This document shows positions 38,166-47,299 of a DNA stretch of 64,000 nt, piece after piece (the stretch's first letter is position 1; each line of letters starts with the position of its first letter). The notes beneath the pieces were generated by a model that was not told where the DNA came from, ran no database searches, and saw only the letters and a program-made list of their open reading frames with translations. Origin of the DNA: Bdellovibrionia bacterium (GTDB lineage: Bacteria > Bdellovibrionota > UBA1018); NCBI GenBank assembly GCA_040399745.1, contig JBBARP010000001.1, forward strand, positions 298,617-362,616. Reading direction: 5' to 3'. The translations under genes were made by a program, and so were the position numbers.

Positions 38166-39004
38166 GTGTGGACTGGGACTTTGAAGTTCGATTGCCTGCG
38201 AAGTGGGTTTTGGCGGGCGAGCACGCTGTTCTGCGAGGGGGCTTGGCGGTGGTTCTGCCGCACCCCGAGTTTTCCCTTCAATTTCGCTACCGCCAAGGCG
38301 AGCCGGGTACGGCCCGGCAGTTCATCACACCTGAGGCGCACTCGGTGGTTGCGAGTCTTCTTCAGCAAGCCGAGAGGCTCGATCCCTTGCTGAGGTTGCC
38401 CGAATCGGGCACTTTTTGGGTGAAGAGCACCATTCCCACAGGAGCGGGCTTAGGCTCTTCGGCGGCTTTTTGTGTGGCGGTGGCACGCTGGATCGAGGCT
38501 CAGGGAGTGCTTCCACCAGCTCAGCTTTTCGAATTTGCCCGGAGCTTAGAGGACCATTTTCATGGCACTTCGAGCGGGATGGATGTGGCTGCAGTCCTGG
38601 CGGGCGAGCCTGCGTCCTTTACGCGCTCAAAAGGGGCGGAACCTCTCGGTGTCGGCCGACTGCCTCGGTTCACTTTTCATGATCTCGGAGTCCGGGCTTC
38701 GACCCGGGACTGTGTGGAGAAAGTTCAGGCGCTTCTAGCAGCCGACCCTGAAAAGGGGCAGGCGCTGGACGGTCAAATGAGTTCAGCAGCCCACTTGGCT
38801 CGCCTTTCCCTGGTCCGTGAGGACTGGAAGGGGTTGGCTCAAGCGATGGATCAAGCCCAGGGCTGCTTCCGGCAGTGGGGCCTTTTGCCGCCCGAAGCTT
38901 TGGACTTAGAAGGCGATCTACGGGCGCTAGGCGCCCTGTCAGTGAAGATCACGGGGGCCGGGGGCGGCGGGTTTCTCGTGGCCCTTTGGCCTTCGGAAGG
39001 TTGA
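38147..39004 (+). CDS. mvk: Mevalonate kinase; start at 38147 or 38162
   Basis: PAKWVLAGEHAV, PTGAGLGSSAA, HGTSSGMD, KITGAGGGG. Confidence 0.88.
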   Translation: MGVYRLSVDWDFEVRLPAKWVLAGEHAVLRGGLAVVLPHPEFSLQFRYRQGEPGTARQFITPEAHSVVASLLQQAERLDPLLRLPESGTFWVKSTIPTGAGLGSSAAFCVAVARWIEAQGVLPPAQLFEFARSLEDHFHGTSSGMDVAAVLAGEPASFTRSKGAEPLGVGRLPRFTFHDLGVRASTRDCVEKVQALLAADPEKGQALDGQMSSAAHLARLSLVREDWKGLAQAMDQAQGCFRQWGLLPPEALDLEGDLRALGALSVKITGAGGGGFLVALWPSEG

Positions 39005-39094
39005 CGGAAGGCCCGTCCGTCCTGTAAGTCCGTTCGTCTGGACCCGGTTTCCGGTCCCCACTCATTATTTTTTGGCCGAAGGGAGGTGACGTTC

Positions 39095-39283
39095 ATGCCC
39101 GGTATTTCGATTCGCGAAGGCGATTCTTTTGAAGCTGCTCTGAAGAAATTCAAGAAGCAGTGCGAAAAAGCCGGCATCCTTTCGGAAGTGCGCAAGCGCG
39201 AGGCTTATGAAAAGCCCTCGGTTAAACGCAAAAAGAAAGCGATCGCCGCCCGTAAGCGCAGTGTGAAGAAGGTTCGCCGCTAA
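39095..39283 (+). CDS. rpsU: 30S ribosomal protein S21
   Basis: [39 protein letters not shown]. Confidence 0.97.
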   Translation: MPGISIREGDSFEAALKKFKKQCEKAGILSEVRKREAYEKPSVKRKKKAIAARKRSVKKVRR

Positions 39284-39309
39284 TCCGCGGTGACTTCTGA
39301 ATTTTTGAG

Positions 39310-39342
39310 ACGCCCGGAAGGCCTGATAGGTCCTCCGGGCGT
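39310..39342 (+). terminator. Hairpin after rpsU (attenuator/terminator-like)
   Basis: ACGCCCGGA...TCCGGGCGT stem followed by a T-rich tail. Confidence 0.5.
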
Positions 39343-39404
39343 TCCTGTGTTAGGCCTAAGTTTCTCTCAGTTTCATTGAAAACCCCAACAGGAGCACCGC
39401 CGCC

Positions 39405-39851
39405 ATGCCGACTTTGAAGGAACGCCTTTCCGAAGAAATGAAGTCCGCGATGAAAGGCGGCGACAAAGAGAAGCTCGGCTTTGTCCGCAATCTCCATGCT
39501 GCCATTCGGAAAAAAGAAATCGATGATCGAGTCGATCTCGATGATGCCGCCGTTGCCAAAATCGCCCAGACGCTTTTGAAGCAGCGCCAGGACTCGATCG
39601 ACCAATTCCGCCAAGGCGGGCGCGAAGACCTCGTGGCCAAGGAAGAAGCCGAAGCGCGCTTCCTTCAGACGTATCTTCCTGAGCAGATGGGCGCGGACGA
39701 AGTCCGTCAGCTCGTCGACTGGGCTGTGACGGAATCGAAAGCCGCATCCGCAAAAGACATGGGCGCGGTGATGAAGCTTTTGATGCCTAAAGTTCAGGGC
39801 AAAGCGGATGGAAAACTCGTGAACCAACTGGTGAAGGAGCGACTCGGTTGA
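39405..39851 (+). CDS. GatB/YqeY domain protein
   Basis: KQRQDSIDQFRQGGREDL, YLPEQM, KDMGAVMK, GKADGKLVN. Confidence 0.95.
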   Translation: MPTLKERLSEEMKSAMKGGDKEKLGFVRNLHAAIRKKEIDDRVDLDDAAVAKIAQTLLKQRQDSIDQFRQGGREDLVAKEEAEARFLQTYLPEQMGADEVRQLVDWAVTESKAASAKDMGAVMKLLMPKVQGKADGKLVNQLVKERLG

Positions 39852-42100
39852 AGGGAGGACGTCGGATTCCGCCCGAGCTCCTGGAGCGCATTAAGCAATC
39901 CGTGAGTCTGGTGGATGTGGTCAGCGAGCACGTTACTCTGCGGAAGAGCGGAGCCAATTATACCGGCCTCTGCCCGTTCCACTCCGAGCGCTCGCCCTCT
40001 TTCAGTGTCAGCGAGCAGAAACAGCTTTTTCACTGTTACGGCTGCCAAAAGGGCGGCGACATCGTCACCTTCGTCAAAGACCTCCATTCGCTCAGCTTTA
40101 GCGAGGCCATCGAGGATTTAGCCGTCCGGGGCAAGGTTCAGCTCCCCAAGGAATGGGAACTTGGCTTAGACGGCGAAAAAGATCCGGAAGCGGCGGCGCG
40201 GAAGAAGGCGGCGCTCGAAAAGCAGTCCACCGCCAATCGCTTGAATTTGTTTGCCGCGCGCTTTTATCAGGAATCTTTAAAGCGCACTTCTCATCTTTCT
40301 CAATACTTTCGTATGCGGGGGATTTCAGATCCAGAACTCCACCGTAGCTTTCTTCTGGGTGGAGCTGAACCTTCGTGGGATTCGCTCTCCAGAAGGCTGG
40401 TGACGGGCAAAGCCCCGCTCGAATTAGCAGTCGAGCTGGGATTGATTAAGCCCAGTCAAAAAGGGCAGGGCCGTGATGGTCCCGGCTATTTTGACTTGTT
40501 CCGAAACCGCGCCATGTTTCCAATTTTGGATACTCGCGGAAAAGTGGTGGGATTTGGTGGGCGCGCTCAGCCCACTCCGCCTGGTGCGATGGACGTTGGG
40601 GGCGAGAGTCCGAAGTATCTGAACAGCTCCGAGTCGTTTGTCTTTCATAAGTCGAAGTTGGCTTACGGAATTTTTCAGGCCCAAAAGCACATTCGCGAAG
40701 CCGATGAAGTGATTTTGGTCGAAGGATACTTCGATGTTCTGGCCCTTCACGCAGCAGGTTTTCAGAACGTGGTCGCCACTTGCGGAACCGCGCTGACGCC
40801 CGATCACCTGATTTTATTTAAACGCTTGGCCAGTAAGGTCGTGGTGCTCTTTGATGGCGACAAGGCCGGGCTCTCGGCCACGGGTCGCGCCATGGAAGTG
40901 GGGCTGGATCACGGCCAGGTGCTTTATGGCGCTTCGATGCCTCCAGGGCTGGATCCGGATGAAGTTCTTTTTGATGATTTGACGGGGAATCCGCGTGCGG
41001 GCGGTGTCGAGAAGATGCGCGAGATTTTGAAAGCAGCTCAGCCCTTGCTCGATTCACGTATTCAGGATTCAGCTCGCGAAGCGCTTCAAGGCGGAAGCGA
41101 AGCGTTGACTCAGTCCGTGAAGCAAGTGGCAGCATGGCTTGCGCGCTTCAAAGATCCGGTGGGTCGAGAAGTTCGCTTGAATCGGGCTTCCGAGCAGCTG
41201 GGTGTGGGACGGGATCTTCTGGAACGCGCCATGGGAGCGCCTGTCCGAAGTGGGCAGCCGGCCGTTCAAATTCAGACCTCCGCAGCGCGGGGCTCTAGTG
41301 CTTCGCGCACCGCCTCGGGTTCTGCGGGCTCGGTAGGGTCCGGAGGGCAAAGTCATTCTTCGCCGCAGAGACCGCCTCAGTCAGGTGGAGGCGGGTACGA
41401 TGAGCCGCCACCTTGGGTGACAGCCTCGAATGCTGGTGAAGGGCAGTTTGGGGGTGGGCAGTTCAGCGGGCAGTTCGGTGGACAGTTCCGCGGCGGCGGC
41501 TCAGGTTACGGCGGCGGCTATCAGGGAGGTCGCAAACAGGGTGATGGCAAAGGCCGAGGAGGCCGCTGGGGACGAGACGACCGGGCTGCGCCGACAGGTG
41601 CGCCGACGCCGAAGCGCGCCGCCAATCGGGTCGCAGGACGGGACATTGGACTCCTTCAGGGGCTCCTTCTCTACGGTCCTCATTGCGAAATCTTGGAGTC
41701 GATTCGGCCCCAACTGCCTAACGGGATGACACCTGCTGAACTTTTTGAGGGGCCCGCGCTTCGGCATTGGGTCGTGCCTTTGCTGGAAGAAGCGGGTGAG
41801 TGGCAAATACTTCGAGGGGATCCGCAAAGTTATTTGAAAGAGGGAATTCCCGCCCAACTCCGCTCGATTGTTACGGAAGCTCTCGGTGCGACCGAGGAAC
41901 AAATCCCTGAAGCCGATTTTCGACAGGCGTGTCGGCTCGGTTTGGCGAGTGCTTGGGCACGATTTTCGCAGCAGATCAAAATCGCGATGGCCGACGCAGA
42001 ATCCAAGCAGGACGCAGGGTTACAGGCCAAACTCATGCAGGAATACCTTGACGTGAAGCGGAAGATGAAGGAGTTTAGCGTCTCTTATGACGAAGGTTAA
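39848..42100 (+). CDS. dnaG: DNA primase with a long low-complexity insert
   Basis: CPFH...HCYGC zinc finger, PKYLNS, VEGYFDV, FDGDKAG, DPDE. Confidence 0.97.
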   Translation: MKGGRRIPPELLERIKQSVSLVDVVSEHVTLRKSGANYTGLCPFHSERSPSFSVSEQKQLFHCYGCQKGGDIVTFVKDLHSLSFSEAIEDLAVRGKVQLPKEWELGLDGEKDPEAAARKKAALEKQSTANRLNLFAARFYQESLKRTSHLSQYFRMRGISDPELHRSFLLGGAEPSWDSLSRRLVTGKAPLELAVELGLIKPSQKGQGRDGPGYFDLFRNRAMFPILDTRGKVVGFGGRAQPTPPGAMDVGGESPKYLNSSESFVFHKSKLAYGIFQAQKHIREADEVILVEGYFDVLALHAAGFQNVVATCGTALTPDHLILFKRLASKVVVLFDGDKAGLSATGRAMEVGLDHGQVLYGASMPPGLDPDEVLFDDLTGNPRAGGVEKMREILKAAQPLLDSRIQDSAREALQGGSEALTQSVKQVAAWLARFKDPVGREVRLNRASEQLGVGRDLLERAMGAPVRSGQPAVQIQTSAARGSSASRTASGSAGSVGSGGQSHSSPQRPPQSGGGGYDEPPPWVTASNAGEGQFGGGQFSGQFGGQFRGGGSGYGGGYQGGRKQGDGKGRGGRWGRDDRAAPTGAPTPKRAANRVAGRDIGLLQGLLLYGPHCEILESIRPQLPNGMTPAELFEGPALRHWVVPLLEEAGEWQILRGDPQSYLKEGIPAQLRSIVTEALGATEEQIPEADFRQACRLGLASAWARFSQQIKIAMADAESKQDAGLQAKLMQEYLDVKRKMKEFSVSYDEG
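41441..41488 (+). repeat. Four in-frame GGRCAGTTY units (Gly-Gln-Phe) inside dnaG
   Basis: gggcagttt, gggcagttc, gggcagttc and ggacagttc at 41441, 41456, 41468 and 41480. Confidence 0.8.
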
Positions 42101-43940
42101 AGACGCGTCGGCGTCCGCCAGCCCAGCTGCGCAGAGCGTGAAGGCCTTGGAGTCTGTGTCAGCTCTTGCGAAATCGAAAGAGATCAAAAAGCTCATCGAC
42201 ATGGGTCTTCAGCGTGGCTACCTCACGTATGAGGAAGTAAACGAGCTGCTGCCGCCGGAGATCATTTCTCCTGAGGCGCTCGATCAAGTCATGAATCTCC
42301 TTCAGGAGAGCGAAGTCGAAGTCATCGATTCCGCTAAGCGCCCGAAGGAATCGGAAGAAGGCGAAGAAGAAGGCGAAGAGGCCCCTCTGGGTCTGGCCGC
42401 TCCTGCTGAAGAAGCCGAAGAAGAAAAAGCCACCGCTGAGTACGCTCGTGGTGCCGACCCCGTTAAACTCTATCTGAAGAAGATGGGTTCGGTGTCGCTC
42501 TTGACCCGTGAAGGCGAAGTCGAAATCGCCAAGCGGATCGAAGAAGGCGAAATCGAAATCCTTCGCGCTCTCTTGGCTTCGAAGCTTGGCACCATTGCCA
42601 TCGTCGAGTTGGGTGAGCGTCTCGAGACCGGTCGCACGAAAGTAAAAGACGTGATTCGCGGCGTGGACGAGGAAGTCTCGGCCGACGACGAGAAAGCTTA
42701 TCTCGAGCGCGTGATCGGTGCGATCAGCCACGTTCAGTCGCTGGTCAGTTACCAAGAAAAGAACCAAGACAAGCTTTACGGCGCAGAAGCCCGTAAGGTT
42801 CCGTCGAAAGATAAAGAGCGCATTCTTGAAGAAGTGCGCCGCCGTGAAGTGAAGGTCGAGAAAGCGTTCGCGAACATCGCTTTCAATCGGAAGACCATCA
42901 ACACGCTCTCGCTGAAGATTAAAGAATACTGGAAGCGTGGCAAGGACCTGCTCGAAGACCGCAAGAAGGTCTACGACTTCTTGGGCGTAAAGAACCCCCA
43001 AGACATGAAGGATCTGATTGCGCGTTACCGCAAAGGTCCGGAAGGTGTCCCGGCCATCCTGCGCGAGTACGATGTCACTGACGTGAAGCTTCAGCAGCTG
43101 ATCGTCACTGAAGAGGATCTCGAGAAGAAGATCCTGCGCTTGGAAGAAGAAGCTGGCTTGCCGGTGGAAGAACTTCGCCGCATTCATGATTCGCTCACGA
43201 TTGGTGAGCGCAAAGCTGACCAAGCGAAGAGCGAGCTCGTCGAAGCCAATCTTCGTCTCGTGGTTTCGATCGCGAAGAAGTACACGAACCGCGGCCTGCA
43301 GTTCTTGGATCTGATCCAGGAAGGCAACATCGGCTTGATGAAAGCCGTGGATAAGTTCGAATACCGCCGTGGTTATAAGTTTTCGACCTACGCCACTTGG
43401 TGGATTCGTCAGGCCATCACTCGCGCGATTGCCGACCAAGCCCGCACCATCCGGATTCCGGTGCACATGATTGAGACCATCAACAAGCTCATCCGCACTT
43501 CGCGCCTGCTAGTTCAACAGCTGGGCCGCGAAGCCACTCCGGAAGAGATTGCCGTGAAGATGGAGCTGCCGGTGGACAAAGTCCGCAAGGTGCTCAAAAT
43601 CGCGAAAGAACCCATCTCCCTCGAAACACCGATCGGTGAAGAGGAAGATTCGTACTTGGGCGATTTCATCGAGGACAAGAAGATCATCAACCCGGCTGAA
43701 GCCGTGATGAGCATTAACCTGGCCGAACAGACCCGCAAGGTCTTGGCTACCCTCACTCCGCGTGAGGAAAAGGTTCTGCGCATGCGCTTCGGGATTGGCG
43801 AAAAATCCGACCACACCTTGGAAGAGGTGGGTCAGGACTTCTTCGTGACTCGTGAACGGATTCGTCAGATCGAAGCCAAAGCGCTTCGTAAACTGCGTCA
43901 TCCCTCGCGGGCGAAGCTTCTGAAGGCTTTCGTCGACTAA
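42087..43940 (+). CDS. rpoD: Primary sigma factor sigma-70
   Basis: [66 protein letters not shown]. Confidence 0.98.
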   Translation: MTKVKDASASASPAAQSVKALESVSALAKSKEIKKLIDMGLQRGYLTYEEVNELLPPEIISPEALDQVMNLLQESEVEVIDSAKRPKESEEGEEEGEEAPLGLAAPAEEAEEEKATAEYARGADPVKLYLKKMGSVSLLTREGEVEIAKRIEEGEIEILRALLASKLGTIAIVELGERLETGRTKVKDVIRGVDEEVSADDEKAYLERVIGAISHVQSLVSYQEKNQDKLYGAEARKVPSKDKERILEEVRRREVKVEKAFANIAFNRKTINTLSLKIKEYWKRGKDLLEDRKKVYDFLGVKNPQDMKDLIARYRKGPEGVPAILREYDVTDVKLQQLIVTEEDLEKKILRLEEEAGLPVEELRRIHDSLTIGERKADQAKSELVEANLRLVVSIAKKYTNRGLQFLDLIQEGNIGLMKAVDKFEYRRGYKFSTYATWWIRQAITRAIADQARTIRIPVHMIETINKLIRTSRLLVQQLGREATPEEIAVKMELPVDKVRKVLKIAKEPISLETPIGEEEDSYLGDFIEDKKIINPAEAVMSINLAEQTRKVLATLTPREEKVLRMRFGIGEKSDHTLEEVGQDFFVTRERIRQIEAKALRKLRHPSRAKLLKAFVD

Positions 43941-43962
43941 GGCGGCAACGGGGGGCGCACGA

Positions 43963-44769
43963 ATGGGAAACCAGACCGGCGGTTTGGGCTACCATGTTCG
44001 AGCGCTCCGATATCGCTCAGGTCTATGGGCACCGTTTCGGCAATCGCTGGAACAGTGGCTGTCGCAATGGCGTCCTCGCGAAAAGAAGTTGCTGCTTGTT
44101 GGGCCGAGCGCGGGGCACTGCTTGCCGGAGGCCTCTTGGTTTCACGCGCGTTTTCCGGAAGGCTTTGTCGCGGTCGACCCCGATCCTTGGGCCCGTTTTG
44201 GGCTTCAACTTCGTCTGGGGCGCGCCCGCTCTTGGATCGGAGACGCAGGAATCGCTCCGAAGCGCGGGCGGTTTGAGCCGGAAGCTGTAGTCGACCTACT
44301 GGCACAGCATCCCGATCACGCGGTGCTGTTTTGCAATCTGTTGGGGCAGTTTCGGTTTCTCGATCAGCATGCGTGCCTGGGCTCGGGCTTTCGGCGCTGG
44401 AAAGAAACACTCAGCGACTGCTTAGAAGGCAGATCCTTTGCGAGCTTCCATGATCGTTTGTCGGGTGAAGCGTGCCCTGCGGTGACTCCTCTTGAGACGG
44501 CTTCCGATGTCGTTTCAGATTCGGATATCCTGAGTCGGTTTTACGGAGGGGCAACCGGCGCGCGAGGGCTCGATTCGCGCGCTTCTGAGCGCGGTTGGGC
44601 TGGGGGCAAGCGTTCAGTCCAGGCGGCGTCTCAGGGAGTTTTGCTTGATCACCTGACGGGAGATCTTTTTCCCGGTCATTCGCGCACTTTCTTTCATTGG
44701 GAAATTGTCCCGGGCTACCACCACCTGATCGAGGGTGTGCAAGCGGTGGCTCCCGCGGGGCAGGGGTAA
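43963..44769 (+). CDS. Hypothetical protein, possibly Rossmann/methyltransferase-like
   Basis: 268-aa ORF filling the rpoD-tRNA gap; LLLVGPSAG...VAVDPDP. Confidence 0.7.
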   Translation: MGNQTGGLGYHVRALRYRSGLWAPFRQSLEQWLSQWRPREKKLLLVGPSAGHCLPEASWFHARFPEGFVAVDPDPWARFGLQLRLGRARSWIGDAGIAPKRGRFEPEAVVDLLAQHPDHAVLFCNLLGQFRFLDQHACLGSGFRRWKETLSDCLEGRSFASFHDRLSGEACPAVTPLETASDVVSDSDILSRFYGGATGARGLDSRASERGWAGGKRSVQAASQGVLLDHLTGDLFPGHSRTFFHWEIVPGYHHLIEGVQAVAPAGQG

Positions 44770-44796
44770 AGCGTCTCTGTCTGAAGCGAGCACGGC

Positions 44797-44825
44797 TTGG
44801 CGCGCGCTTGGCCATCGTGTAGGCT
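44797..44825 (+). promoter_or_regulatory. Putative sigma70 promoter for the tRNA
   Basis: TTGGCG-17 nt-TAGGCT. Confidence 0.45.
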
Positions 44826-44897
44826 CTGGGCTGGACCGAGCCGCGGGTTCACCAGCACGCGCGGAAATTCGGTCCCGAGGTTGTCGCAGTAAAGAGT

Positions 44898-44974
44898 GGG
44901 CCCATAGCTCAGCTGGTTAGAGCCGGCGGCTCATAACCGCTAGGTCACAGGTTCGAGTCCTGTTGGGCCCACCA
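44898..44974 (+). tRNA. tRNA with CAT anticodon, most likely tRNA-Ile2 (lysidine)
   Basis: GGGCCCA/TGGGCCC acceptor stem, D arm AGCTCAGCTGGTTAGAGC, anticodon loop CTCATAA, GTTCGAGTCC, encoded CCA. Sequence and position after rpoD resemble E. coli ileX. Confidence 0.95.
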
Positions 44975-44990
44975 ATTTTCATCTCCTTCG

Positions 44991-45308
44991 TCAGGCTGCC
45001 TTCGATTTGATTTCTATCGTCAGGGTCGGATCGAGAACTGAAAGGTATTTGATCAGGCGATCAATCGTGAATTCATCGTACCGGTAATGGGTGATTTTAC
45101 TTACGATGGCTTTGTCGATCTTGAGTTGGTCTGCCAACTCTTGTTGCGAAAGTTCATGGTCGTTGAGGTGTTTGACGAACTGCTCGCAGATTCGATGTTT
45201 GATTCGTTCAATTGCGCTAGCGTCTTTTGCCAGGGGTCGAGACGCGGGTAATTTTTCGAGTTTCTTGAGGGCTTTTTGAAGATCTTTTTTGGATGGCCAC
45301 TGACTCAT
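44991..45308 (-). CDS. XRE-type HTH protein (HigA-like putative antitoxin)
   Basis: LSQQELADQLKIDKAIVSKI...FTIDRLIKYL; C-terminal KAA. Confidence 0.85.
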   Translation of the reverse strand: MSQWPSKKDLQKALKKLEKLPASRPLAKDASAIERIKHRICEQFVKHLNDHELSQQELADQLKIDKAIVSKITHYRYDEFTIDRLIKYLSVLDPTLTIEIKSKAA

Positions 45309-45311
45309 CTT

Positions 45312-45611
45312 TTAATCCTCCACGCGAAAGGCATTGATCACGCCAAGAAAATCGTCGCCGGGCCTGAAAGTGAGAATCAGGCGATAGGGTTTCCCCAGCC
45401 AACGAACGGGTTCAATTTTGAGAAAATAAAAACCATCTCGGACGAGACCGACTGGGTGTTCTTGATGGTTCAGGGAGTTTACGAGTTTTAAGATCAGCTC
45501 GTCATTCACTGAGTCCCCATGTTTGTCCTGGTAGTGGGGATCGATGATGACGCGAAGGAATTCCTGTCGATTCAGGACGATTTTTGCAGGATATTCTCGA
45601 CGTTTCCGCAT
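45312..45611 (-). CDS. Small hypothetical protein, putative type II toxin
   Basis: 99 aa, ends 3 nt before the HTH gene; C-terminal YRLILT...GVINAFR resembles RelE/BrnT-type beta sheets. Confidence 0.65.
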   Translation of the reverse strand: MRKRREYPAKIVLNRQEFLRVIIDPHYQDKHGDSVNDELILKLVNSLNHQEHPVGLVRDGFYFLKIEPVRWLGKPYRLILTFRPGDDFLGVINAFRVED

Positions 45612-45626
45612 CTCAGGGTCCTAAAA

Positions 45627-45644
45627 GTTGATGAATTTGTCAAC
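45627..45644. promoter_or_regulatory. Palindromic operator overlapping TTGACA upstream of the toxin-like gene
   Basis: GTTGA-tgaatttg-TCAAC; the minus strand reads gTTGACAaattcatcaac, 15 nt before ATG. Confidence 0.55.
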
Positions 45645-45882
45645 ATCGTTTCCGTAGAAGCGATGCTTTATGCGCGCTGAGGAGTCCGCTTGAACGGCTT
45701 AAGTAGGGCTTTCGGACCGCGCAGATCCCGCGCAAATTCCTGGGAGGTGGCTCAAGCCAAGCTGGCAGGGCGTCTCCGGGGTTTCTGCGGCGTTTCTTGC
45801 ACTTCTGACGTCAGAGCTTCGAGCGAGTGGGATTTTCTCCTCCTTGACCCAGGCCTAGCCTTAGGTCGAAGATCGCCCACCT

Positions 45883-46290
45883 ATGGCGACTCTTTTTACC
45901 CGAATCATTCGCGGCGAAATCCCTTCTTACAAACTCCACGAGGACGAGCACACTTACTCGTTTCTGGCTCGTGATGCGATTCAGCCGGGTCATCTTTTGA
46001 TCGTGCCGAAAGTGGAAGCCGATCACTTTTTGGACGTACCTGAGCCGCATTACTCAGCGTTGTTTCGAAATGCGCGCCTGTTGGGAAAGGCCCTTCAGGC
46101 CAGCACGGGCTGCAAGCGCGTGGGTTCGATGATTGCTGGGTGGGATGTACCGCATTTTCATCTGCACGTCGTTCCCATGTGGGACCCGTCTGACCTCAGT
46201 TTTTCCAAGGCTCGGGTGCTTGAAAAAGACCAGTATCTAGCCGCTCAGAAAGGGCTTTTGGAGGCTCTGGCATTGCTGGCCAGGGAGTAG
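45883..46290 (+). CDS. HIT-family hydrolase
   Basis: TLFTRIIRGEIP, GHLLIVPK, VPHFHLHVVP. Confidence 0.95.
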   Translation: MATLFTRIIRGEIPSYKLHEDEHTYSFLARDAIQPGHLLIVPKVEADHFLDVPEPHYSALFRNARLLGKALQASTGCKRVGSMIAGWDVPHFHLHVVPMWDPSDLSFSKARVLEKDQYLAAQKGLLEALALLARE

Positions 46291-46312
46291 GGTTTCCGGG
46301 TAAAGTATCCAG

Positions 46313-47299
46313 ATGGGGCAAAGGCTGGGGAAGTCAGGTCAAAATCTGATCGGCGTGTTGGTAGCCGTCTTTTTGGCTGGCCTGCTGACGCTTTATGTCT
46401 TGGATATGGCTCGCCAAGGCGTGGGGATTAATTCAGCGCAGCGCTTTCGGGACCAGTTGAGCGGCTTTAAAAGCGCCATCTCGGACCGGATCATGAACGA
46501 CCCGCAGAGTTGGGCGCTCACGGTTGACGCCATGATCAATAACCCCAACCCGAACCTGACTCCATCGCTACCCCAGGACTTAGAGATTGGGACCTTGTTT
46601 TGGTGCATTTCCCGAATTTCTGGGCCGGGGACGCCGCGATCGGAACAGAACAATTTCACGTCTCCGTCACCGACCGGCGAGTGTGCTGCTGAACTCCATC
46701 GTGGAGAGATTCACACCCCGAGAGAGATCAGTATCCTTTCTCGGAGTGGGCCTGGGACTCCGGTTCTTTTCCACGATCACCAAGCCAGACAAGGATTTTC
46801 TCCAGACGGCTCGGCTTGCACCTTCGATGCGGCCAACCAGTCGGCCTGCTTTTTTCGGCCCCGAGTCTGGCTGATGGGCATCGACTGCGATTTGGAGGGG
46901 CAGAGAAATGATTCAGGAAATCCGAAAATTTTGAAATCTTGCACTCAGCCTGCATTCCGAGTGCACTTGGATTTCGAAGCGAATGCGCGCGCCAGAGCGG
47001 AACTCATCGACCGCGGCTCGATTGATTTGAAAAAGTACGAAGCCGATTTCCTCATTCCATCGCCGCCCCGAGCCGGATGCCATCCCCGGGACCGATCGGG
47101 CGAATCGTGCTTGCCGGTGAAGGTGACTGTGGGCGCAGGGAACAGTTTGAGTGCCGTCAACACTCAGATCGAACCCTGCACCCCTAACGCCGGTCTCTTC
47201 CAGTGCAACTGCATTCTACCTGCGGCAGCGTCCAGTGGCACTCTGACGAAAGAGCAACAAGAGGCCTTACCATGGGTATTTCAATGCACTTCTCCTTGA
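46313..47299 (+). CDS. Prepilin-like Cys-rich exported protein
   Basis: Short basic leader ending in G, then QNLIGVLVAVFLAGLL; 12 Cys. Confidence 0.6.
   Translation: MGQRLGKSGQNLIGVLVAVFLAGLLTLYVLDMARQGVGINSAQRFRDQLSGFKSAISDRIMNDPQSWALTVDAMINNPNPNLTPSLPQDLEIGTLFWCISRISGPGTPRSEQNNFTSPSPTGECAAELHRGEIHTPREISILSRSGPGTPVLFHDHQARQGFSPDGSACTFDAANQSACFFRPRVWLMGIDCDLEGQRNDSGNPKILKSCTQPAFRVHLDFEANARARAELIDRGSIDLKKYEADFLIPSPPRAGCHPRDRSGESCLPVKVTVGAGNSLSAVNTQIEPCTPNAGLFQCNCILPAAASSGTLTKEQQEALPWVFQCTSP

Noticed and set aside
42159..43466. 435-aa antisense ORF over rpoD (similar ones lie over iscS, pyrG and clpP)
   Set aside because: Typical stop-free reverse frame of strongly codon-biased genes.
44898..44974. 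Calling the CAT tRNA initiator or elongator tRNA-Met
   Set aside because: Position 1-72 is paired and the anticodon stem lacks three consecutive G-C pairs, so it is not an initiator. Sequence and position favour Ile2, although elongator Met is not formally excluded.
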